Of a stretch of DNA of 64,000 bases, positions 1-9,679 are shown in pieces (position 1 is the first letter of the stretch; every line of letters starts with the position of its first letter). This stretch comes from Lepidodermella squamata (lineage: Eukaryota; Animalia; Gastrotricha): contig JBLDXI010000025.1 of NCBI GenBank assembly GCA_047495785.1, positions 310,001-374,000 on the forward strand, in the 5' to 3' direction. The position numbers and the translations under genes are program-made. Below the pieces are notes generated by a model. It did not search any database and was not told the DNA's origin. It saw nothing but the letters and a program-made list of their open reading frames with translations.

Positions 1-59
1 TGCGTAGACATGAAGACTTGAGTCATTTGGGTCATGCAGCATGCAGCTAGCTAACCTAC

Positions 60-804
60 CTGGCTATCGAACGGGAAATCGGCCAAATCGAGTGTGCATG
101 ACGTCACGTAGAGCGCCGTCACTTTCGCCTCAATTTGGCCCGTGTGATGCACCCATACCATCGAATTGATGTCACGGTCGTTCTGCCCGGCGCCAGTCAT
201 GAAAATCGACGACGCCGTGCCGCCATTGCCGTCTTTGACGATGGTCGGCAGGAAGACGTCACGGGTCCGCATTGGAACCGCTCGTAGGCCGTCGAAATCG
301 GCCGGGTTCCAGCGCAACAGGTCGTCCTGCCACGTTGAGATGATCATTGCTGTGACCTTCATGGTTCCAGTCAGTTCTTCGATGCCGAGAAATTCATTGA
401 TGACAAATAGCAGAGCGACATCAAGAGTCTTGTTGACCTTCGAAAAAATTAATTATTTTTTAAAAATTCATTTTAAATTGAAATGAATTTAAAAAATTTC
501 AATTGTTAAGTAATCAAGTCATTTTGTAATTTTGCAATTATACGATCAAGTTTTCGAAAAATGTCAACTTATTTCAAATTTGAAAATTGCATGCGAAATT
601 GTATACCCTTTCGACAGGTCGTGCGAGGCCAAATCCGTGGTATCGTTTTACGAGGCGTTCGACGAGTCGCGCCTCATCATTCGGCGGCAAATCGAACGTG
701 TCAAAGTCCGTAATTATTTCAGTTTTATTGTTGGTAACACTCGGCTCGGCGAGGCATAACGAGACGATAGCAACCGCTATCACAACAGTGATGAAACCGT
801 TCAT
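60..804 (-). CDS. Cys-loop ligand-gated ion channel subunit (nAChR-like), 5' part; gene continues off the left edge
   Basis: Exons 804-607 and 437-60, both phase 0 with GT-AG. Signal peptide MNGFITVVIAVAIVSLCLA, EARLVERL helix, RPV, W-x-D-x-x-LRWNPADFDG, Cys-loop start CTLDLADFPFDSQ. Confidence 0.9.
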
Positions 805-1423
805 TATCGTGTTTTCGAATGAGTGATTTTTGACCTTTTGAAGTGTTTTCGAGGCGGTTGAGATAAGAACTGTCGTACGTAGGTGTCAACTGGGCACCTC
901 GATGTCACCTTCAATTACAGGTGAAATGGGATGTTTCCACTACCCAGGTCTCTGAGGCCACCTCCGCATAGCAAGCGCATAGCTGTTGGGCGATTCATTT
1001 TACGGAGAAAAATTAGCAACGAAACGAGGCTTGAAAACATAATTAGGAAAATAGATTGAAAAATCATGGAAACATTCCCATGAATATTCAGATGACACGA
1101 GCTGCTTGCGTGAATAAGATTGCAAAAAGGCTCCGTCAGGAGAAAGCGTTTGTAAAATTACTCTGGTTTCCGCGCAAACGAACAAATCTTTCGCCTTTTA
1201 CTAAAGATTTCCGTGCGTGGGAACATTCAATGAGCCTTCGGGCGATTTCTTGGGCTTCTCTCTCAACGAGAAGCGATAATGCAAGCATACAAAGACTCGC
1301 GAGGCGCCAACGTTCACAGCAATGATGCACGCCTTTTCAACTCAACGCCAAGATTGCCTTTCATTTGCGACGCAGTTAATGCCAAGGTGAAATACTCTTT
1401 CCCGCAGTGCCGTCACGTGAAGC

Positions 1424-1496
1424 GGTTCGGTGGTGTAGTGGTTATCACATCTGCCTAACACGCAGAAGGTCGCCGGTTCAATCCCGGCCCGAATCA
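1424..1496 (+). tRNA. tRNA-Val(AAC)
   Basis: Acceptor stem GGTTCGG/CCGAATC, anticodon arm TCTGC-CTAACAC-GCAGA, T loop GTTCAATC. Confidence 0.95.
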
Positions 1497-1594
1497 GCTA
1501 TAAGTTTTTTTGGCTTTGCAATAAAGACTGGCTTCGATGTCAATTGTTCTAAAAAATTGAACCGCCTGCCACTGTCTCGAGTTCTGTGTGACTC

Positions 1595-1666
1595 TGCCAC
1601 GGCCTGGAGTCGAACCAGGGTCACCTCGGCCACAACGAGGAATACTAACCACTATACTACCGTGGC
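1595..1666 (-). tRNA. tRNA-His(GTG)
   Basis: Reverse complement GCCACGGTAGTATAGTGGTTAGTATTCCTCGTTGTGGCCGAGGTGACCCTGGTTCGACTCCAGGCCGTGGCA forms a full cloverleaf. Confidence 0.95.
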
Positions 1667-1765
1667 TGATTTCGCGGTTAAGCACACAATTTGACAGCGG
1701 CCTATCAACGTCTATCTGGTCTTGTTAAAATTCAGGCAGCGCCGACAGATGGCTTACCTGGAGAA

Positions 1766-1847
1766 GACGCGGTGGCCGAGTGGTTAAGGCGATGGACTGC
1801 TAATCCATTGGGCTCTGCCCGCGAGGGTTCGAATCCCTTCTGCGTCG
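1766..1847 (+). tRNA. tRNA-Ser(GCT)
   Basis: GACGCGG...ATGGA-CTGCTAA-TCCAT, long variable arm, GGTTCGAATCC. Confidence 0.95.
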
Positions 1848-1934
1848 TGATAAATTTTGCCTCGTTCAAAGCTGAGACGCTAGTTTTTCTGGCTTTGATG
1901 ATGACAAAAATTATGTATTTTTTAAAAATGAATG

Positions 1935-2006
1935 CTCCTTGGCAGGGAATCGAACCCTGGTCTCCCGCGTGACAGGCGGGGATACTAACCACTATACTAC
2001 CAAGGA
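1935..2006 (-). tRNA. tRNA-Asp(GTC)
   Basis: Reverse complement TCCTTGG...CCCGC-CTGTCAC-GCGGG...GGTTCGATTCC...CCAAGGAG. Confidence 0.95.
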
Positions 2007-2096
2007 TTGCACGAATGTTGATGGTCTTCGAATAGCTTCTCACCCACTTCCACGCCAACAGAAGGCCATTCCGTCAAAAATGTGACTTGGCGCAGT

Positions 2097-2167
2097 TGCA
2101 TCGGCCGGGAATCGAACCCGGGCCTCCCGCGTGGCAGGCGAGAATTCTACCACTGAACCACCGATGC
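2097..2167 (-). tRNA. tRNA-Gly(GCC)
   Basis: Reverse complement GCATCGGTGGTTCAGTGGTAGAATTCTCGCCTGCCACGCGGGAGGCCCGGGTTCGATTCCCGGCCGATGCA, canonical metazoan tRNA-Gly. Confidence 0.97.
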
Positions 2168-2252
2168 GCTGCTTGATGCCTAGCTCATGGGCGTCGTGTC
2201 GATGCGTTCACATCGTCATAATGGCAAATGCGGGCGAACGCCAAAAACTAAG

Positions 2253-2334
2253 CGTCGCCAGTAGGATTCGAACCTACGCGCGGAAACCGCATCTGATTTC
2301 GAGTCAGACCCCTTAACCACTCGGGCATAGCGAC
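2253..2334 (-). tRNA. tRNA-Ser(CGA)
   Basis: Reverse complement GTCGCTA...TCTGA-CTCGAAA-TCAGA, long variable arm, GGTTCGAATCC. Confidence 0.93.
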
Positions 2335-2875
2335 TGTTCTGGAGCAAGTCCTTGTTGTACATCGGATACTTTCACAAATCGCATATCCGCTGAAATTGTT
2401 TAACCTACTTGTAAAGCCTGTCGCCAATATAGCTATCGCTTAGAATCATCTGCGTGCGCTGCGCGATTTCCTGATGAAATGTGAGCATCTTATAGACTTT
2501 TGTAGCCCGGTTGGTGATGATAGGCCACAATACGCAATTCAGGCTTGTGAGAGGAACCATGTCTTCGTATTTGTAACCGATCGCCGTCAGCATGATCACT
2601 TGTTTCTGTGTTGCTATGATGAGCGTGAATCCCTTGCCTTTGAAGAGCACCACTTCACGCACATGCGTAGGCGTTGGATTTGAAATTCTAGAAGCCGAGC
2701 GTGCATGAAAACGGACCCCTTCCGCTCGAGAGGATGTTTCGAAACATGCCTGGAAATTGAACAAACATCGAAAACCGGAAGTTTTTGCAGAGCCGCTTTC
2801 TCCATTGTCGGATTGAGCCTGATCTTCTCATTGCATTCAATTTACCTACTGAAAGCTGGACATCAAACAAAAGAA

Positions 2876-5462
2876 ATGATATTCGCACGAAGAATCATTA
2901 TCTTAACTCTTTCTACAACTCTCGAGGCGAAGTTGCCGTGGAACACCCCTATACCATCGCGAATCACGTCCACATCTTACAACGCGAGCGACTCCAGCCG
3001 AGCAACAGTCGGTTTGCTGCTCTCGTGCAATTATGCCGGCACTAATCAACCGCAAGGCCCGATATGCTCCGAGGGAATTCGCTACGCCCTTGACAGCATA
3101 AAACGACAGCCCAACCTCCTGCGTGGAATCGAACTTGTCATTGATCCAATCGAAGATTTGGTGAGTTAACTCCTGAGCATTAAACTAAATCTCTCTAATT
3201 CTAATACTTCAAAGTGCAACGAGGCCACGGCTACTATGAGATTCTTCACTGAGATGCGGAGGAATGACGAAGTTCTCAATCGATTTCCTCTCGTTCTGTA
3301 CCCAACATGTTCAGCTCACTACACCGTGGCACAAACTTTACAACATCAAAACTTCATGAGTGTAAGAAAACCGAATCTTAGATTTGAGGGTAATTTGAAT
3401 ATCTTGATGTTCAGTTAGCTCATTGGAGCATCTCAAATGAAGTATTCACGCAGAGGACTATTTTCCGAAATTTTTTCGTGGTTTCGCCACAGTTAACGAT
3501 TACTGCCGAAGCTCTGACTTCATTCATGGCAGTTGTGGGATGGAAAAAGGTGTCCCTTGTCTCAGATATGAAAGATTCATTATACGCCAGCGATATATAC
3601 ATGCAAAGAATGCTGGAGCAGAAGTTAAACATCACCTCGTCCGCTCGTTACAAAATTCCATTGCTGAATGGGCCTCTGCCAGATTCTGAGAGCATCCGCG
3701 CCGTAGTTGAGGAAATGAAGCGCAACGACCCGAGAATCATTAGTATGGCAAGTGCTTCCCCCGTTCGAGTTGCATGCTGGCTTCATCGTTACAAACTATA
3801 TGGGCCGAACTACGTCATCTTCGTGTCTATGCAGACCCCTTTCTTACCAAATGACCCATTGAGGTTTCCATGGTGCACCGAGGTGATGTTGAGAGATGTC
3901 GCGGAATCAGTCATCCAGCACGGGAATACAAACACGATGGCCCTGGGTCGGGAAAATCTAGTTGATTCTTTCGGGAATTCAGGCTCCGATTTAGACTCGA
4001 TGCTTTTGTCCAGTATAGATAGTCCCCAGACGAGAAACAGCTGGGCTATCCGCCAGTACACCTACGACAGCGTGCTTTTAGCGGCCCACGTGCTGAACGC
4101 TACACAGACATTCCTCAGACAGAAAAATCAGTCGTTGATCGACTGGGTGACTTCTGGGACAAAATTTGCGTCGAACGGAAGCTATATCGTCGAAGTAATG
4201 AAAGAAGCACTCTATTCGACTCGCGTTACAACTAAGACAGGGGAAATCGCCTTTGAGCGTAGCACGACTCTGAACTCGGGCGGGAATGTAATTTTCGGAT
4301 ACTTCAAACTTCAATTATTGCCCAACAGCTCGAGCCCAATAGCGATCCCGTTTGCGACATTTGACACTAAACTCAAAAAGATCGATTTGATTCCAGGAAA
4401 ATTAAAGTGGCAAACTCTTGGTGGCAATGCTCCACCTGATTCAGTCAGAATCGTGAAAATCATCCTTCCTCTGATTTCAACTGAAGGTTACGTTACAATA
4501 ACAATCCTGTCATGTTTTGGGACTGTAGCGGTTATACTGGCCGGCTTCTACCTGCTGAGACGTCGCCAATCGCCGCGGGTCTTGAATTCCTTGCCAAAGC
4601 TGAATTCTTTCATTTTACTAGGCGATCTACTGCTTCTATGCTCTAATTTGGTACAGCTACCTTGGTATCAAGAAGGCTTTACTGAACTCTGCATGGCATC
4701 TAATGGTCTTTTGTTTTTTGGGATCTTTTTCTTGGTCGCAGCTATGGTGGGTAAGTTCGAGATAGCCAAGCTGCTGAGCTTGGCAGCTCGCCCTAAAAGA
4801 AGCGTGCTCAGAATGCTGAGCGCATTATACTTGGGTCGTAGCACTTCAACGGCCTCTCGGAGTACCAGTGCGAATCTAACTCCTACAACGAGGAAACTTC
4901 TGCCACCTACCAAAATTAATGTTAAATTTATTTCAAAGCTTACTTTTTTTCTGGTCGCTATCACGGGTGCTCTTGTCTTTTTGATTGCTCTTTTACCGAT
5001 TTGGTTTTCCATTGAGCCCTATGAGCTAACAACAATCCTGCGGCCATCTCAACTATCAAATATTGATGACTCAATCGCATATCAAGAGGTTGTTTTCGAA
5101 TGCTCTATAAGCGATTCATACCTAACCAAATCTGTTATTGGCGTTTTTGGTGCGATTTTAATGATACTAGTCCTCCGAGGGGCACTTGCTGCTTATGCAG
5201 TTCGATCGGTATGCTTGAACGATTGATCTTGTTTCTACTTGAAAAATGCCTTTCTCTTATACAGAAAACGTTCGAGCAAATTAACGACTTGAAGTCAGTA
5301 GTTAAATGCTTCTATGGGACAATCTTGCTGCTTGCTGCTGGTGCTGTGATTGGGGCGGTTATTTTCACAGAGCAAGAAAAGCAACGCATAGCTCTGTCAG
5401 CGATGAATCTAGCATGTGTATCTCTTAATTTAGGGCTAATTTTCATTCCCCGGTCCCGGTGA
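2876..5462 (+). CDS. Class C GPCR, GABA-B-receptor-like (Venus flytrap + 7TM), clade A copy 1, about 807 aa, intact
   Basis: Exons 2876-3160, 3215-3361, 3415-5208, 5265-5462, all phase 0 GT-AG. Signal peptide, ALDSIK..PNLL.G.EL, C-S motif, YTYD, KW...APPDS linker with no Cys-rich domain, 7 hydrophobic helices, IND.K in ICL3, FIP at the end of TM7. Confidence 0.9.
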
Positions 5463-5916
5463 AGGGTACAAACCGAGCGAATCAGCTGACCACCATTTTT
5501 CCAATCAAGATGGAATCAAATGCTACAACTAACATTATGATTAGTATCCTAAAATGAAGCATAAAGAAAACCTAAAGTAAAACATATTATTAGCGTCTGG
5601 TCGCAATTCTTCCGGAAAGATACTGATACTGATGATATAATTAGCCTCAAGATTGTCCAAAATCGATCAGAAGCGACACTTTATCGCTAGATGAATAGGA
5701 TCCCTGCATACACATATCCCGATCCGTGCGAGTGAGAGTTGTGGGAAGTTAGAAGGTGCGAGGTGCGATGTAACTCTCGATCTTTTGCTTACTGGGCTAT
5801 CGCAGCATATTGCATATTGATCACATCCGACTGGACAATTGGACAATGCCAAAACGATGCCGATAGGACAGGTTTGGGCTCAACTCAGGATGCGCTCAGT
5901 TGCAACAAAAAGGTTA

Positions 5917-5990
5917 TGGCCACTAGGAGGATCGAACTCACGACCTTCGCGTTATTAGCACGACGCTCTAACCAACTGAGCTAAGCGGCC
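5917..5990 (-). tRNA. tRNA-Ile(AAT)
   Basis: Reverse complement GGCCGCTTAGCTCAGTTGGTTAGAGCGTCGTGCTAATAACGCGAAGGTCGTGAGTTCGATCCTCCTAGTGGCCA; T stem has a mismatch. Confidence 0.88.
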
Positions 5991-6078
5991 AGTTGAACTT
6001 GTACGTCGAAACCTTCAACTTATTGCCGGTGAGCAGGGTCTGATCGTCGCCGAGAAGTGAAAAATGATAATCACAATC

Positions 6079-6158
6079 AGGCTCAGGGGGGGATCGAACC
6101 CTCGATCTTCTGCTTACTAGGCAGACGCTCTACCACTAAGCCACTAAGCTACTGAGCC
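6079..6158 (-). tRNA. tRNA-Thr(AGT) with an 8-nt tandem duplication in the D arm (possible pseudo-tRNA)
   Basis: Reverse complement GGCTCAGTA-GCTTAGTG-GCTTAGTG-GTAGAGCG-TCTGC-CTAGTAA-GCAGA...GAGGGTTCGATCCCCCC-CTGAGCCT (80 nt). Confidence 0.85.
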
Positions 6159-6236
6159 GACATGACGTTAAAATCGCGTTACGCTAAGCTCTACCGGCGC
6201 GACTTTTCAGGTGTTGCGAGAAATTCGCAAAAAGAA

Positions 6237-6309
6237 TGGAGGATACGGGCGTCGATCCCGTTACCTCTCGCATGCTAAGCGAGCGCTCTACCATTTGAGC
6301 TAATCCCCC
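6237..6309 (-). tRNA. tRNA-Ala(AGC)
   Basis: Reverse complement GGGGGATTAGCTCAAATGGTAGAGCGCTCGCTTAGCATGCGAGAGGTAACGGGATCGACGCCCGTATCCTCCA, with G3:U70. Confidence 0.95.
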
Positions 6310-6388
6310 GTTGTTGATGCTACGCCATTCTGTATACTCTTTGACAGCGTCTCACACTGTGCAGTTGTGTCTTGAATGCTAAAACAGA

Positions 6389-6461
6389 TGACCCCGACGT
6401 GACTTGAACACGCAACCTTCTGATCTGGAGTCAGACGCTCTGCCAATTGAGCTACGGAGTC
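6389..6461 (-). tRNA. tRNA-Trp(CCA)
   Basis: Reverse complement GACTCCG...TCTGA-CTCCAGA-TCAGA...GCGTGTTCAAGTCACGT-CGGGGTCA. Confidence 0.95.
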
Positions 6462-6542
6462 GATATCTTTAATTTAGGCTTAGATGCCCCTTATTGCAAG
6501 CCATTTTTCGCTAACGAGCTCCAACCGTTGACAAAAACGCAA

Positions 6543-6576
6543 GGGCCTGTCCGGGAATTGAACCCGGGACCACTCG
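6543..6576 (-). pseudogene. 3' fragment of a tRNA-Pro-like gene
   Basis: Reverse complement CGAGTGGTCCCGGGTTCAATTCCCGGACAGGCCC matches the tRNA-Pro T arm and 3' acceptor strand; the anticodon loop and 5' half are absent. Confidence 0.7.
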
Positions 6577-9500
6577 GTTGCTAACAAATCCCTAGCGTCA
6601 TTCCAAATCATAACAGAGAAAAAATAATAGCCAATACAACGGCGTCATTACTTTGATCGCGAATTCTTTTTACAATACGAAATCGACTGATCGCTGATGC
6701 TGATATCCGTCGTACATGCATGACCGTAAAATATGCAAAAAAGATAATGACCTCTGTTTGGCGGCAATCATCTCGCTGTGTTTCGTTCGCAATGAAATAA
6801 GAAAAACTGTTGCAGAAATAAGAAATGTCACTCGTAGGCAATATAATTTCCTTAACTTCGAGCCCAGCTACATTAGCTATTTAGAGGCTCCGTCATCAAA
6901 TTGAAGAGTTCGTTGTTCCGAGGAATATAATTGATTATTTCAAACCATTAGGAAATTAACCAGCAGCAATATATTAATATGAACAATTCCATAACGGCAA
7001 GATCTACAGTAGCTTAAGGTACTTATAATATTAGTAAAATACATATAACAATAATAGAACTATTCTTACCATCCTGTTATTTTGCACTGCATGCAACGTA
7101 TTAACCCATATTATGTAGGTAAGCCTAATGTTCTACATTACAACTATCAATCAGCGGATATATCAGCCGCAACTTGGCGCCGATAAAGTATATTATTTGG
7201 GCCTTCATACTAGTTAATAATAACGCGGCCGGTTTTTCCAATCCAAGAACCAGCATTCGTTATAGGCGCAGCGTTATAACCAACATCAAGTCGTGAATGC
7301 TTAGGATAAATAGGATAACTCCGATAGTTCACCACCGCGTGAATAAATCCTCAAACAAAATCAAAACAATTATGAACTTAGAAGCTAATTTTTCAATAAT
7401 TGTTTTATCTGGAGTTTTCTCGAATTTCTCAAATAATTTTCGAAGTTCCAGAAATTTCCTTCATTTTCAATAAGCTATTTTAGCAATAAGCGGTGAAAGC
7501 CTATCATCTGCTGCAAGACATATGTTTCTAAAACTAAAGACCAAAACATAAAAATCCATAAAAATCATATTAAATGTTTTTTCGATTAAATTTCCTGTTT
7601 CTTACTACCAGGCGTCTTCTTTTTGCGTCCCAGATACTATTGCTTAGCCCGTAAGACATACATGATCAAATATTCGCTTTTTTTTCTTCTTTTGCATTCG
7701 CATATGTGCGGATACTTCAAGCCGATGAGCCGCAAATCCGGGCCATGTGACTTGCGCCCGTTGTCTCGCTTGATTGAACAACAAATAACGCCGCTAAATT
7801 GAGACAGACAGTCTCTGGTCGGCAATTTTCAAAGTATTCACATGCTTCAGAAAAAATAGCCTAATTTGTTATCAAATAATTTTTTGGCTGGGAAAAACAT
7901 TTATTTTGAAAATTGAATTTTCCGATTTTTAGTCGTAGTGACCCACTTACCATACCTATTCGCAATGCGTAGCAACCTGACCTATATTTTCGCAGGCCAG
8001 GTCACGATTTTATTGCTTGATTTGAAACACGCGCTGGCAATAATTTTAACCCTGCGTGTTATAGGAACTGTCATATTATAGCTGATATATAGCATTACGA
8101 CACTGCTGTTAACAATTCTGGTATGACGCCTGTAAACAATGGCGACCGCCCTACGTAAATAAAAGCGCAGAAAAATGTGCTACTTTAACTGCTGCAAAAT
8201 AGCCGTATATGAATTTTTCACGCGCTCGGGTAAATAACTCGAGACGTGGTCGTCGCTAAGAATAACCGGTTCTACTTTACTCAGCTCAGCAAAATAACAA
8301 TAAATTTCTCTTTTTTTGTTTTCCGAGCCGGTCAAAATAGCCGCCTTGTAAAAACAAAGATAACCTCGGCTTTGTAATAATAAAAATAATAATAATCGCA
8401 CTCTCGTCCAACGTTGAAACACTTGACTGCGCTTACAAAAGAAAATTTACCTTCACGTTTTGGAGGCCCCGGCTAAAAACGTGTTCGCCACAGTGCGCGT
8501 CAGGTAATTTTTAGGTATTTTTTACAGGAAAAAAAGCTCCAGTAGCAGCTCCTGCTACTACATGCCAAAACGTCACGAAGTAGATAATAGACACGCCTCA
8601 TCATGTTTTCAACTTCGTGTATAGCCTTTTCCCTTTCTTCATTATCATCTTTTTGAGATAAAACGTCATCGCTCTCAGTTTTCACCTGTTTGTTTCTGTA
8701 AATCGAAATTATATCATCCATTAGGAATTTTGTCCAAATTCTTCTCGGCTACCGTTTGAACGTCTTCAAATAGCTATGATGTAAGCTCTCGTTTAAAAAA
8801 GTCTGGCATCGATTTTCTCGACATTTTTATGAGTGCTAGCGTACGCAAATCTCAAGAGGATCCCCGATTTATACTTGTGGCATTAGGTAATTTTCTAAAT
8901 ATCAAGTTATTATTTCTTCGCTTCGATCGATTTCCGACTCTATGAGAGGCGATTTAATTTAGTTTTTGGGCGACAATAATAGGACACGGCCGTTACCGAG
9001 CTAAGAAAGCTCCAAGATAGGTCAATTATATGGGCTATTGTGGGATCTTCACTGATCTAACTGTTTTCCATTGGATTGTACTTGGTAAGCTTGGGTAACT
9101 TTCATGAACTATTTTTGGTCCAAGAATTTCAAGATTTTTCCAATAATTAGATTAGGTTACTTATTCAATTAACCACAAATTACCTTGAAGTTTTAATTTT
9201 AATTTGGCAACTCAGGCGAATAAAGTTTTAAGATGCGGCAATGATCGGTGAAAAATCTGCAGTAGCTTTGAAAGTCTTGACATTTTTGAAAAAATTTATT
9301 TAGCAGAATTTTTTGACCGATATTGTAGCCACATTTTGAAATATTTAATTAACAAAAAATCATTTTCATAATTTTTGAGCCATTAAAAATTAAATTAATT
9401 CACAATGAAGTTCCCCGCAATTTTCTCAATTTGTTCATCATATTTTTCAATAATTGGTTTATTTAGAAAATTAGACCATTTCATACTTTGGTTTCTGTTG

Positions 9501-9679
9501 TTTTTGAATTGTTTGTTCCTTCTGTAAAGTGATGGTAGGTATCCATTATTTTTAATCAATTTTGTTCTTAATTGTATAGGTTTTTTAATTTCGATAGATG
9601 GCGCCTGGCTGATAGACTTTGAAGAAGGCGACCAAGATTATGACTCATAGCAACTAGTATCTGTATCAAATTTAAAATA

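Noticed and set aside
1000-1330. Possible transposase remnant between the channel gene and the tRNAs
   Set aside because: Only short ORFs with no motif I can support.
1407-2316. Short ORFs in the track (1407-1694, 1494-1685, 1691-1972, 1732-2058, 2131-2316)
   Set aside because: They are chance translations across tRNA genes.
5448-5462. C-terminal RSR resembling the GABA-B1 RSRR ER-retention signal
   Set aside because: Directly next to TM7 and not conserved in the paralogs.
5739-5984. 81-aa ORF
   Set aside because: Overlaps tRNA-Ile on the opposite strand; no coding signal.
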